NCBI GenBank assembly: GCA_963422295.1
Contig: OY729417.1
Coordinates: 1,917,537-1,981,536 of the forward strand
Length of the DNA: 64,000 nt
From: Dehalococcoidia bacterium
GTDB lineage: Bacteria > Chloroflexota > Dehalococcoidia > Lucifugimonadales > UBA1123
Direction of reading: 5' to 3'
The notes beneath the pieces are model-generated. The model was not told where the DNA came from. It saw nothing but the letters and a program-made list of their open reading frames with translations, and ran no database searches. Below, piece after piece: positions 1 through 9,313 of the stretch. The first letter of the stretch is position 1. Each line of letters opens with the position of its first letter. The position numbers and the translations under genes are program-made.

Positions 1-1161
1 ACCGTGTTGGATGCATTCGGCGAGATCGTTCGCAGCAGCGTCGAGGCGTATCGCGACTATGTTCGCAGCGTTGTCGTCGAGGGGGAACACCACTTCTTCG
101 ACTATGTAGATCGAGACCCCGTGGACGATGCCCCGCGCAGGGTCGATGTGAAGCTGACGCATCACGACGGTAAGGTTACGGCAGATCTCACCGGAAGCGG
201 CCCGCAGGCCAAGGGGCCAGTAAACTTCATTACCAGCCCCGGAGCGCTCAACCTTATCTTCGCCCGCCACTTGAGCTGGATGAACCCCGATCTGGCGCTA
301 AACGAGGGCGCGGTATCTTTTCTGGACGAGGTTCGCACTCGGCCCGGCACCGTTACATACCCCAATTTCCCCGCGCCCGTGGGACTTCGCAGTCATACCG
401 TTATCAGACTGATGAACATACTGGGAGGCGTCTTGGCCCAGTCGAACGGCGGCAACGCGCCTGCCGCCTCGCCGGTCTATGTCATCTACAATCTGCGGTC
501 GATGGGGACGGACGGCAAATATCTCTACTTCAGCGAAGGTGTCGGATCAGGGCAGGGCGCGCGACCAGCGGCAGACGGTCTGAATGTCATATACTTCCGT
601 GATCAGCGCAACTATCCTGTGGAGTTCGAGGAGGGAGAGTTCCCTCTGAGAGTGGAGCGATACGCTATCCGTCCTGACTCTGGCGGCCCCGGTCTCCAGC
701 GCGGCGGATGCGGCGTCGTGCGGGATGTCCGTGTGCTGGTCGATTGCACCCTAAGCACGCGGATGGACAATGTTCGGTTCCCCTGTTTCGGAATCGCAGG
801 CGGCGGCGCGGGCCAGCCTGGCCGTTTTCTGCTGAATCCCGATACACCGCGCGAGACAGAGCCGCCGCCTGCCGGCGAGAATATTTCGGTCAGAGCGGGC
901 GATCTGCTCAGAGTGGAGACGGGCGGAGGCGGAGGCTGGGGTGACCCGTTCGAGCGCGACCCCGGACATGTGCGCCGCGATGTGCTGGAAGGCTTCGTCA
1001 CTGCCGAGGCCGCTGCCTTAGATTACGGCATCGCGCTGGCCGATGATATGAGCATAGACAGCGAAGAGACGGAGCGACTGCGTTCGGCATCGCGCCCCTC
1101 GCGTCCTGCCGTGGACAGGGGGCCACGCGCGAACGAATGGCTGCGCCGATTGGGGGTTTAG
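1..1161 (+). CDS. hydantoinase B/oxoprolinase family protein, C-terminal part (5' end outside window)
   Basis: The frame is open from base 1. The translation carries family-typical segments (GPVNFITSPGA, GGGGGWGDPFERDP..VRRDVLEGFVT.E.A..DYG). Confidence 0.8.
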   Translation, partial: TVLDAFGEIVRSSVEAYRDYVRSVVVEGEHHFFDYVDRDPVDDAPRRVDVKLTHHDGKVTADLTGSGPQAKGPVNFITSPGALNLIFARHLSWMNPDLALNEGAVSFLDEVRTRPGTVTYPNFPAPVGLRSHTVIRLMNILGGVLAQSNGGNAPAASPVYVIYNLRSMGTDGKYLYFSEGVGSGQGARPAADGLNVIYFRDQRNYPVEFEEGEFPLRVERYAIRPDSGGPGLQRGGCGVVRDVRVLVDCTLSTRMDNVRFPCFGIAGGGAGQPGRFLLNPDTPRETEPPPAGENISVRAGDLLRVETGGGGGWGDPFERDPGHVRRDVLEGFVTAEAAALDYGIALADDMSIDSEETERLRSASRPSRPAVDRGPRANEWLRRLGV

Positions 1162-1300
1162 CTCAGCTTAGTTCTCAGAGCCTAGCTATTACGGCCTGAC
1201 ATGGCTTAGCTGTCATCCTTGCGTTGCGCGCTGCTTACTGTGCTAGTACGATATGGAAGCCGCCTGAAACCGCGCATCTAACCTTATTTGGGAGACAACC

Positions 1301-2500
1301 ATGAACTTTGGCCTACTGTTCGAGATGCAGCGTCCTTACGAGGGAACGGAGATCGACTGGAATACCCTGTACAAGGAGACGCTCGACCAGTGCGAACTTG
1401 CGGACAGAGTCGGGTTCGACAGACTGTGGTTCGTCGAACACCACTTTTTGCTAGGATTCTCTGGCTCGCCGTGTCCGGAGGTGATGTTCGGCGCTCTCAG
1501 CCAACGAACGAAGAACGTCCGCATCGGTTTCGGAGTGTCTATCCTGCCGCATGCGCATCCGGTGCGCATCGCGGAGCGTGTGGCGATGGTCGATCAGCTC
1601 ACCGACGGGCGCGTGGAGTTTGGCACCGGACGCTCGAACGCATACGAACAGGTAGGGTTGGGCGTCGATCCTCGAGACACGCGCGCAATGTGGGACGAAT
1701 CCATCTCCATGCTCCCCCAGATATGGCAGTCGGAAGACGAGTTCGAGTGGGAAGGCAACTTCTGGAAAGTTCCCCCGCGTCGTGTACTGCCCAAGTTGGT
1801 TCAGAAGCCGCATCCGCGCATATACCTTGCTTGTACGCAGACTGCCAGCTTCGAGCTGGCGGCGCAGAAGGGAATCGGGGTGCTGTCGTCTGCTTCGTAT
1901 GCTACATCCGTACTCGCCAGCCATGTCGATAACTACAAGCGCAAAGTGCAAGATGCAGACCCCGTTGGCGCGTTCGTAACGGACTATTGGGCAAACAATG
2001 TCCACGCCTTCTGCGGCGCCGATAATCAGGAGGCGCGTGAGCTTGCCGCGCTTTCGATGAAGACATTCTTCGGCCCCGACAAGCCATACATAGCCGGTCG
2101 CGTCGGCGCATACGAAGACCTGCTGAAGTCTTGGGGAGGCGTGCCGGATCATCTTCAAGCAGACTTCGGACGATGGCTGCGGCAGTCAGACGAGGCGCAC
2201 AAGCAGCAGGCGGAGGAGGTGGGCATATCGCTCGACAGCGGCCCCGGAGCAGCGCGCGCCGCCATCGCCGAACTCGACGCTAACACACTCGCCGACCGCG
2301 CCGTAACTATCGCAGGCGACCCTGAAAGCTGCATCCGCGCCATCCAGATGTACGATGAAATAGGCGTCGATGAGGTGATGATGATAATTCAGACCGAGAC
2401 GATACCACACGACAAGGTTATGAGCTCCATAGAGCTGTTTGGCAAAGAGGTGTTCCCCGCTATACGCGAGATGGAGAAATCCAAAGTCGCCGCGGGCTGA
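1301..2500 (+). CDS. LLM-class (luciferase-like) flavin/F420-dependent oxidoreductase
   Basis: ATG preceded by GGGAGA. The N-terminus MNFGLLFEMQ...FDRLWFVEHHF and overall 399 aa length are typical of luciferase-like monooxygenases. Confidence 0.85.
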   Translation: MNFGLLFEMQRPYEGTEIDWNTLYKETLDQCELADRVGFDRLWFVEHHFLLGFSGSPCPEVMFGALSQRTKNVRIGFGVSILPHAHPVRIAERVAMVDQLTDGRVEFGTGRSNAYEQVGLGVDPRDTRAMWDESISMLPQIWQSEDEFEWEGNFWKVPPRRVLPKLVQKPHPRIYLACTQTASFELAAQKGIGVLSSASYATSVLASHVDNYKRKVQDADPVGAFVTDYWANNVHAFCGADNQEARELAALSMKTFFGPDKPYIAGRVGAYEDLLKSWGGVPDHLQADFGRWLRQSDEAHKQQAEEVGISLDSGPGAARAAIAELDANTLADRAVTIAGDPESCIRAIQMYDEIGVDEVMMIIQTETIPHDKVMSSIELFGKEVFPAIREMEKSKVAAG

Positions 2501-2543
2501 CTCCAATGAACTAATGGACTGATGAACTGCTGATGAACCACTG

Positions 2544-4688
2544 GTGAACTACTGGACTGACGACCAGCTGGCATCCATTCATAAGATGCTGAATCCGCGT
2601 TCGATTGCGGTTGTGGGCGCTACTGAGAGGATGCAGTATGGCGGACGCTTTTTACGCGCGGCGATGCAGGCCGCCGACCGCGTGCGCGTCTATCCCGTCA
2701 ACCCGCGATACGACGAGCTGCTGGGGATGCGCTGCTATCCCAGTGTCGCTGATCTGCCCGAAGCTCCGGACACCGTGGGTATCATCGTGCCGTATCATCG
2801 AGTTATACCTGTTATTCTCGAGAGCGCGGAGCGCGGCGCAGGTTCTGCCATAGTCATATCCGCTGGCTTCTCGGAGCGTGGAGACGAAGACCGCCGCGCG
2901 CTTCAGGTGGAGCTGGGCAAGGTCGCCAGAGAAACCGGCGTGCGAATCTCCGGCCCCAACTGCCTCGGACTCGCCAACATAAGAGACGATATTTGGGCAT
3001 GCTCCTCTTCACGGCTGGAGGGCGTAGAGATGAGCGGTGGCAGCGTTGGTCTGGTTTGCCAGAGCGGCGCGTCAGCGTTCGGGCCGTTTCTATCACGCGC
3101 TGTCGGACGGGGCATCGGCTATTCCTACATCGTCTCCACCGGCAACGAGGCCGATCTCGAAGCCGCAGATTTCGTTCGCTACATGCTCGACGACGACAGC
3201 ACCCGCGTCATCGCTCTCTTCATCGAGGGCTTGAAGGACGCGCGCAAGTTTCTCGCCGTCGCGCGTCTCGCCGCCGAGCGCGGCAAGCCTATCGTGGCAG
3301 TGAAAATAGGCAAGTCGGATGTTGGTTCGCGCGCCGCCCGCTCGCACACCGCCGCACTCACCGGCGAGGACGCCGTATACGACGCCGCATTCCGACAGTA
3401 CGGCGTAACCCGTGTACACGACTGGGACAAGCTGCTGGAAGTCGCCGGGTTGCTTGCCGAAAGCCCTGCGCCGAAGAGTCGGGGCATCGCGCTGGTCTCC
3501 CACTCCGGCGGAGTCTGTTCGCTCACAGCGGACAACTTAGGAGAACAGGGCCTGCGTCTGCCGCCGCTCTCCGATTCCGCGCGCGACGCCATCGACGGCG
3601 TGCTGGAAGGGTTCGGCTGGGCCGCCAACCCCGCGGACATCACCGGCCACGCCAGCCGCGACACCGTCGTGCCTATCATGCAGCATATGATACGCGAGCC
3701 GGATGTTGGCGCGCTGATAGTTGCCAGTTCCGGAAGCGATGCGCAGGCTCAGCATGTTATCGATATACGCGACACGCATGACGAGCTGGTCGCCTTCCTA
3801 TATACGGGAAGCGAGATGGGGCCGCCCACCGGCTTGGAGCGGCTGAAGTCGGCGCGAATACCAGTCTTTCATAGCCCAGAAAACCTCGCCTCCGCGCTGC
3901 GCCAGCTGCATGATTGGCACGCATGGCGCGAAGAGCGAGAGAAAAGCGGCTGGTTCGCCTCGCCGGATGATATGACGCCCGAACAGCGGGAAATTGCCGA
4001 AAGTCTGCGCTCCTCGACCCGCGCATCCCTGGGTGAATACGACGCCAAGCGCGCTCTCGCCGCATGGGGAATCGCCGCGCCCTCCGAACTCCGCGCATCT
4101 ACCCCAGACGAGGCCGTCGCCGCTGCCATGAGCATCGGCTTCCCCGTCGCGCTCAAAGTCGATTCGTCCGACATCTTGCACAAGACGGAGACGGACGCGC
4201 TGAGGCTGAATATAGTCGATGAGCGCCAGACACGCGCCGCGTTCGGTGAGGTTTTGGCGAATGCGGCGCAGTACGCGCCCGAAGCAGAAATCGGAGGCGC
4301 GCTGGTGCAGGAGATGGTAACCGGCGGAGTCGAAATCATCGTCGGCATTACATACGATGCCCAGCTTGGCCCTGTGATACTCTACGGAATCGGCGGCGTA
4401 TTGGTAGAAGCTCTCGGTGACTTCGCGCTGCGTATCTGCCCGATAACCGCAGCGGATGCGCAGGATATGATCGACGAAGTACGCGGCAGCGCGCTGCTGA
4501 GAGGTTTCAGAGGCGCGCCCAAAGCGGATATAGATGCGTTGGTAGATGCGCTGGTCAGCGTATCGCAGATGGCTGTTCACCTAGAAGGCGTGCTGGAAGA
4601 GTTGGACATCAACCCTCTCGCGGTTCTGCCGGAGGGGCAGGGGGTGTATGCTCTGGACGCCCTGATGACGCTTGCGCCGCCGTCGTAA
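2544..4688 (+). CDS. ADP-forming acyl-CoA synthetase (acetate--CoA ligase family; CoA-binding plus ATP-grasp domains)
   Basis: PRSIAVVGATE CoA-binding start, ISGPNCLG and SHSGG segments, and a C-terminal ATP-grasp-like region (GFPVALKVDS..ILHKTE). GTG start at 2544; an alternative ATG lies at 2586. Confidence 0.85.
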   Translation: MNYWTDDQLASIHKMLNPRSIAVVGATERMQYGGRFLRAAMQAADRVRVYPVNPRYDELLGMRCYPSVADLPEAPDTVGIIVPYHRVIPVILESAERGAGSAIVISAGFSERGDEDRRALQVELGKVARETGVRISGPNCLGLANIRDDIWACSSSRLEGVEMSGGSVGLVCQSGASAFGPFLSRAVGRGIGYSYIVSTGNEADLEAADFVRYMLDDDSTRVIALFIEGLKDARKFLAVARLAAERGKPIVAVKIGKSDVGSRAARSHTAALTGEDAVYDAAFRQYGVTRVHDWDKLLEVAGLLAESPAPKSRGIALVSHSGGVCSLTADNLGEQGLRLPPLSDSARDAIDGVLEGFGWAANPADITGHASRDTVVPIMQHMIREPDVGALIVASSGSDAQAQHVIDIRDTHDELVAFLYTGSEMGPPTGLERLKSARIPVFHSPENLASALRQLHDWHAWREEREKSGWFASPDDMTPEQREIAESLRSSTRASLGEYDAKRALAAWGIAAPSELRASTPDEAVAAAMSIGFPVALKVDSSDILHKTETDALRLNIVDERQTRAAFGEVLANAAQYAPEAEIGGALVQEMVTGGVEIIVGITYDAQLGPVILYGIGGVLVEALGDFALRICPITAADAQDMIDEVRGSALLRGFRGAPKADIDALVDALVSVSQMAVHLEGVLEELDINPLAVLPEGQGVYALDALMTLAPPS

Positions 4689-4768
4689 TATATTCGCGCA
4701 GATCTCATCGCCATTGTCATCATCATTGTAGCTATATCGTAACTATTTGGAGATCGGGGGAGGACTCC

Positions 4769-5680
4769 ATGCCATATACAGTCCGCCGCTCTTGCCGCCG
4801 CTCTTGGCTCATAGTCCCCGCGCACGACGATGCGCGCCTGTCGGACGCCGCCCGCGCCGGCGCGGATGTCGTTGTACTAGATCTTCAAGATACCGTTCAC
4901 GAAACGAAGAAGCGCGCCGCTCGCTCCAAAGTGCGCGAATCCGTTGGTAAGATGCGGAACGCCGGCTCCGAAGTGTTCGTCCGCGCGGATATCGAGCTGA
5001 TGTATGCCGATCTCGACGCGTCAGTTTGGCGAGGGCTGTCCGGTATCGTACTGCCGGGCGTTACACGCGTGGAGCAGGTGCGCGAGGCGGATGCCATTCT
5101 GTCCGAGTTCGAGTCGGAGCGCGGAGTAGTCAAGCCGCCATCAATAGGCGAAGTACGCGAGGCGGATGACCCTAGGGGGCCGGAACAGGCTCTCGAAATA
5201 CACCTTTCGCTGGACACAGGCGAGGGAAATTGGCACGCTGCAGAGCTGATCGGCGCGAGCGATCGTGTTCGTTCTGTGAGCCTAGGCCGCGCCGATCTCA
5301 CGATGGATTTACGCGCGGAGCCATCCGGCGAACTGCATATGCTGCCGTATCTCATGCAGCGGCTGATCGTCGTGTCGGGCGCCTGCGGCGTAGAGCCGGT
5401 CGGCGCATGGTGGCGCGCCGGCTCTCGCGGACTCGTTGCCTCTTCCGAAGACACGCTGCGCGCCGCCATCGCCGGACGAATGGCAGGATTCCGTGGCGCG
5501 CTGTGCATGAAGGCGGAGCAGGTGAACCCACTGCATGAGGGCTTTACGCCTTCCGCAGAAGACATCGCGCGGGCAGAGCGTGTGCTGAGACATGCGCGAC
5601 CTGATTCGCCGCGCGCCGCCGTCGCGCGTGGCCTGCTCGAATGGGCCGAGGCCTGCGCGCGGCGCGGACGCGCTTGCTGA
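4769..5680 (+). CDS. HpcH/HpaI aldolase / citrate lyase beta (CitE)-like protein, paralog 1
   Basis: GGGGGAGGA RBS upstream. N-terminal RSWLIVPAH...ADVVVLDLQDTVHETKKRAAR matches the CitE-type D-L-E-D-x-V..K..AR block with E replaced by Q. Confidence 0.75.
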   Translation: MPYTVRRSCRRSWLIVPAHDDARLSDAARAGADVVVLDLQDTVHETKKRAARSKVRESVGKMRNAGSEVFVRADIELMYADLDASVWRGLSGIVLPGVTRVEQVREADAILSEFESERGVVKPPSIGEVREADDPRGPEQALEIHLSLDTGEGNWHAAELIGASDRVRSVSLGRADLTMDLRAEPSGELHMLPYLMQRLIVVSGACGVEPVGAWWRAGSRGLVASSEDTLRAAIAGRMAGFRGALCMKAEQVNPLHEGFTPSAEDIARAERVLRHARPDSPRAAVARGLLEWAEACARRGRAC

Positions 5681-5780
5681 GAATCCTCACGGCAAGCCGA
5701 CTCCGAGTTGGATTCGCCTAGTTCATTGCTAAGCCTTTCGTCGCCAAATAGAAGCCGAACAGGATCAGGATATAGATACG

Positions 5781-6752
5781 ATGCCTCATAAGACTTCCAA
5801 GCCGCGCCGCGTCAGACGCTCCGGGTTGACCATGCCCATCAACAATCCTCGTTTCGTCGGCAGATGCTGGACGCGCGATTGCGACTATCTCAACTTCGAT
5901 TTCGAAGACTCCGTGCCGCAATCGCAGAAAGAGCACGCGCGGACACTGGTCGATTATGCCGTCGAGCAGGCGCGCAAAGGCGCGGCGGATGTTTGCGTCA
6001 GAATAAACTGCGCCTATCCAGAAGCGGATGTGGCCGCCGCCGTCCGCCACGGCGTAACACAGATCAACTTCCCCAAAGCCGAGACCGCCGAGCAGATAGT
6101 GAATCTCGACGAACTCATCACGCGCATGGAGAGGATTCAGGGAATACGTCCGGGCACTGTCAGGATAGGCGTCGCAATCGAGACGACGCTCGGTGTTGCC
6201 AACTCATACGAAATCGCCGCCTCCAGCCCGCGTATAGACTCCTTTGGGCCAGGGACCGGCTACGATATGTCGATGGATATGGGCGTGGAGATGTTCGTCG
6301 GATTCGACCAGTTCTTCTATAACCGCGGCGAGGGAGAGCTGATAGCGATGGCGTTGGGCTTGGAGCGCGACGGTGGCGTTTACATGTCGGATACGACTGG
6401 CAGCGTCGGCAACGCCGATCTAGCGCTCGACCGCGCCCGCGCCAGCCGCAAGGTCGGCCTCAGAAACGGCAGTGGTTTGCATCCCAATGTCGTCGCGCCG
6501 CAGAACGAAGGTCTGACGCCGACTGCAGACGATGTGGAACTTGCCCACCGTGTACTAGCCCGTTTCACCAAGATAGACGCAGCCGGCGAAGTCGAGGGAG
6601 ATATGGACGGCATCACCGTGGACGCATACGAAGCCGCCCGCGCCCGCGAGCTGATCGAGTGGGCCGAGCTGTGCCGTGCGCGCGACGCCGAAAAATCCGC
6701 CGCCCGCGCTCGAACTGTCGTCGAACATGAGGGCAGCGATGAGAGCGCATAG
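5781..6752 (+). CDS. HpcH/HpaI aldolase / CitE-like protein, paralog 2
   Basis: Canonical block LNFDFEDSVPQSQKEHAR, and GVAIETTLG typical of the CitE/malyl-CoA lyase family. An alternative start lies at 5829. Confidence 0.75.
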   Translation: MPHKTSKPRRVRRSGLTMPINNPRFVGRCWTRDCDYLNFDFEDSVPQSQKEHARTLVDYAVEQARKGAADVCVRINCAYPEADVAAAVRHGVTQINFPKAETAEQIVNLDELITRMERIQGIRPGTVRIGVAIETTLGVANSYEIAASSPRIDSFGPGTGYDMSMDMGVEMFVGFDQFFYNRGEGELIAMALGLERDGGVYMSDTTGSVGNADLALDRARASRKVGLRNGSGLHPNVVAPQNEGLTPTADDVELAHRVLARFTKIDAAGEVEGDMDGITVDAYEAARARELIEWAELCRARDAEKSAARARTVVEHEGSDESA

Positions 6753-6785
6753 ACCGACAAGCCGCGATATGGGAGTAAGACCGAT

Positions 6786-7709
6786 ATGAATCCGTTCGTC
6801 CGCCGATCCCACCTGCTCGTCCCCGTCCTCGACTGCGCTGCCGTCGCCGACAGCTGGAGGCACAACGCCGATGCCGTCATACTCGATCTGTCCTCCGCCC
6901 ACCCCCGTGCCGACTGTGCCGCTGCGCGCGAGATGCTTCCGGAGTCGATTCGCGCTGCGGGCAAGGGTGGCGCAGAGGTCTTCGCGCTGATAGACCCGGC
7001 CACGATCCATGCCGATATTGCCTCCGCCACGCTCGGCATCGCTGGCGTCGTATGCCCTATCCGTGTCGGCGCGGATGTCGATGTTGTCGCGTCGGCGCTG
7101 TCGGAGATGGAGCGTGACTGTGGAATCCCGCATGGGGAGCTTCGGATAATCGCGCTGCTGGATTCGGCTGTCGGTGTTTGGAACATCCGCGAGATCGTTC
7201 GTTCCAGCCCGCGAGTATGCTCCGTCGGCATCGACGAACTGCGGCTTTGCGCCGATATGGGAATAGTCCCGAACATCGAATTCGACCCGTTCGAGTATGC
7301 AAAGGGCAGGGTGATAATCGAGGCGCGCGCCGCCCATGTACAGCCCGTCGGCATGAGCCATCCATACGGCGTATTGCCCAGATTCGACGATGACGCTGAT
7401 ATATATCGGCTCGCTCTCAGATCCAAGAACCTCGGATTTGCTGGAGCGATATGCCCGCATCCGTCTTGGGTATCGCACTGCAACCGCGCCTTCGCGCCGG
7501 ATGAAGACAAGCTGGAGTTCTATCGTGAGACGCGGCGTCTATTCGCCGAGGGCATCGCGCGTGGCACCGCGGCCGTACCATATCCTGGCACCACGATGAT
7601 GATAGATGTCCCCGTCGATGAGAATGCCAGAGTCGCTCTGGAGCTATGGGAGTTATGCGCCGAACGCGAGGCGCAGAAGGCTGAGGCGTTGGCTGAGGCG
7701 GTTCAGTAG
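6786..7709 (+). CDS. HpcH/HpaI aldolase / CitE-like protein, paralog 3 (degenerate N-terminal motif)
   Basis: GGGAG RBS. Same architecture (RSHLLVPV..ADAVILDLSSAHPR...IIALLDSAVG), but the acidic ED pair reads SS. Confidence 0.65.
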   Translation: MNPFVRRSHLLVPVLDCAAVADSWRHNADAVILDLSSAHPRADCAAAREMLPESIRAAGKGGAEVFALIDPATIHADIASATLGIAGVVCPIRVGADVDVVASALSEMERDCGIPHGELRIIALLDSAVGVWNIREIVRSSPRVCSVGIDELRLCADMGIVPNIEFDPFEYAKGRVIIEARAAHVQPVGMSHPYGVLPRFDDDADIYRLALRSKNLGFAGAICPHPSWVSHCNRAFAPDEDKLEFYRETRRLFAEGIARGTAAVPYPGTTMMIDVPVDENARVALELWELCAEREAQKAEALAEAVQ

Positions 7710-7814
7710 ATGAATGAGTTGCGAAACCTACCTAGTCTGTTCGACGGGGTGATGGAATCATCGCATGTTCAGAACATATAGACTATAGATATGTATGGAT
7801 AAAGGTGCATTGGT

Positions 7815-9206
7815 ATGACAGAACGCAACTTCGAGAACCGCGCGCTTTACCACTGTGACAATCTGGATGTCTTACGCGGTATGAACAGCGAGACAGTCGA
7901 TCTGATAGCGACAGATCCGCCGTTCAACAAGAACAAAGATTTCCACGCTACTCCGGACAGCTTGTCGCAGAATGCCAAATTCGTAGATCGATGGTCTTGG
8001 AACAGGGATGTTCATGAATCTTGGATAGATCAGATCGAGGATGATTGGCCGAGTGTAAAAGCGGTTATCGAAGCCGCGCGGATAGCAAGCGGCGAGGATA
8101 TGGCCGCATTCTTGTGCTGGCTTGGTGTGCGAATAATAGAGATGCGCCGCGTTCTGAAGCCGACGGGCAGTATATATCTACACATAGACCACACTGCGCA
8201 TGCGTGGGTGAAGTCTATGATGGATGGTATATTTGGGCGTAAACAGTTTTGCAATGAAATCGTGTGGTGCTATAAATCCGGAGGGGCAAGTCCAAATAGA
8301 TACTTTAGCCGCAAGCATGATTCTATTTTATTCTATACTAGAACGGCATCTTACTTGTTCAACTCGCAGCGTGAAAAATCGTACAATCGCGGACTGAAGC
8401 CATATAGATTCCAGGGTGTGAATGAGTATAAAGATGAAATAGGGTGGGACACTCTCGTTGGTATGAAAGACTATTGGAATATCGATATGGTTGGTCGTAC
8501 TAGCGGCGAGCGTACTGGATACCCAACACAGAAGCCATTGGCATTGTACGAGCGTATTATCGAGGCATCTAGCAACGAAGGAGATATGGTTCTCGATCCT
8601 TTCGCTGGTTGCGCTACGACGCCAATTGCGGCTGAGAGGCTTGGGCGACAGTGGGTAGGTATAGATATTTGGGACGGCGCATACAAAACAGTTCTCGATC
8701 GATTACAGTCCGAACGCTTGGCAGTACCGGACGGCTCGCCTCTGCTGGAGCCTCACATGTTCACATTTGGAGATGTGCTCTACTCGAAATATGCGCCAGA
8801 ACGAACTGACGAAGGTGAGGTTGCAGCGCCTAAATTGCGTCTTAAGATACAAAGTCCTCTCGAAGTATGGCAGAGACTTTCTCGTAAGCAGATCGTAGAA
8901 TATTTAGTAGAAGCTCAAGCAAGCTCTGGTATGGTTATTTGCGGTGGTTGTGGTCGTTTACTAGAGAATGAGTTCATGCATCTGGATCATATACAGCCAA
9001 GAGCAGAGGGTGGAGCGAACGACATCACCAATCGCATTCTACTGTGCCCACCATGTAACAGTCGTAAAGGCGCAAATCTTACGCTGAGAGGTTTGCTGCG
9101 CGATAACAAACGGGTGAAATGGATGCAAGATGAGGGAAGAGCTAAACTTGCGCAAAGCAAGGCGCGCGATGTTGCGGAGCGTGTTCGGAGCGATATGATG
9201 AGCTAA
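7815..9206 (+). CDS. beta-class N4/N6 DNA methyltransferase fused to a C-terminal HNH nuclease domain
   Basis: Motif IV DLIATDPPFNKN lies before motif I VLDPFAGCATT (beta-class order), with TGYPTQKPLALYERII between. The C-terminus reads CGGCG..x..HLDHIQPRAEGGANDITNRILLCPPCNSRKG, an HNH signature. By eye the gene looks AT-richer than its flanks. Confidence 0.85.
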   Translation: MTERNFENRALYHCDNLDVLRGMNSETVDLIATDPPFNKNKDFHATPDSLSQNAKFVDRWSWNRDVHESWIDQIEDDWPSVKAVIEAARIASGEDMAAFLCWLGVRIIEMRRVLKPTGSIYLHIDHTAHAWVKSMMDGIFGRKQFCNEIVWCYKSGGASPNRYFSRKHDSILFYTRTASYLFNSQREKSYNRGLKPYRFQGVNEYKDEIGWDTLVGMKDYWNIDMVGRTSGERTGYPTQKPLALYERIIEASSNEGDMVLDPFAGCATTPIAAERLGRQWVGIDIWDGAYKTVLDRLQSERLAVPDGSPLLEPHMFTFGDVLYSKYAPERTDEGEVAAPKLRLKIQSPLEVWQRLSRKQIVEYLVEAQASSGMVICGGCGRLLENEFMHLDHIQPRAEGGANDITNRILLCPPCNSRKGANLTLRGLLRDNKRVKWMQDEGRAKLAQSKARDVAERVRSDMMS

Positions 9207-9313
9207 CGATAATAAAACATTTGTAACACCCCTATGAAACATTTACTCTGCGTAAAGCTATCTCAACAACGGCTTTGTATTGAACCCAGACAGCCCACAC
9301 AGGAGCCGCCCAC

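Noticed and set aside
6380-7510. 376-aa ORF on the minus strand. Similar long shadow ORFs include 16574-17722 (-), 11923-13017 (-), 9263-10063 (-), 15427-16296 (-), 2993-3781 (+), 3798-4580 (-), 33297-34064 (-), 38254-39069 (+) and 47669-48331 (-).
   Set aside because: All lie antisense to, or out of frame within, genes with clear family motifs. Their translations are low-complexity Arg/Ala/Ser/Pro-rich strings, typical of spurious open frames in GC-rich DNA. None has a recognisable motif or RBS.
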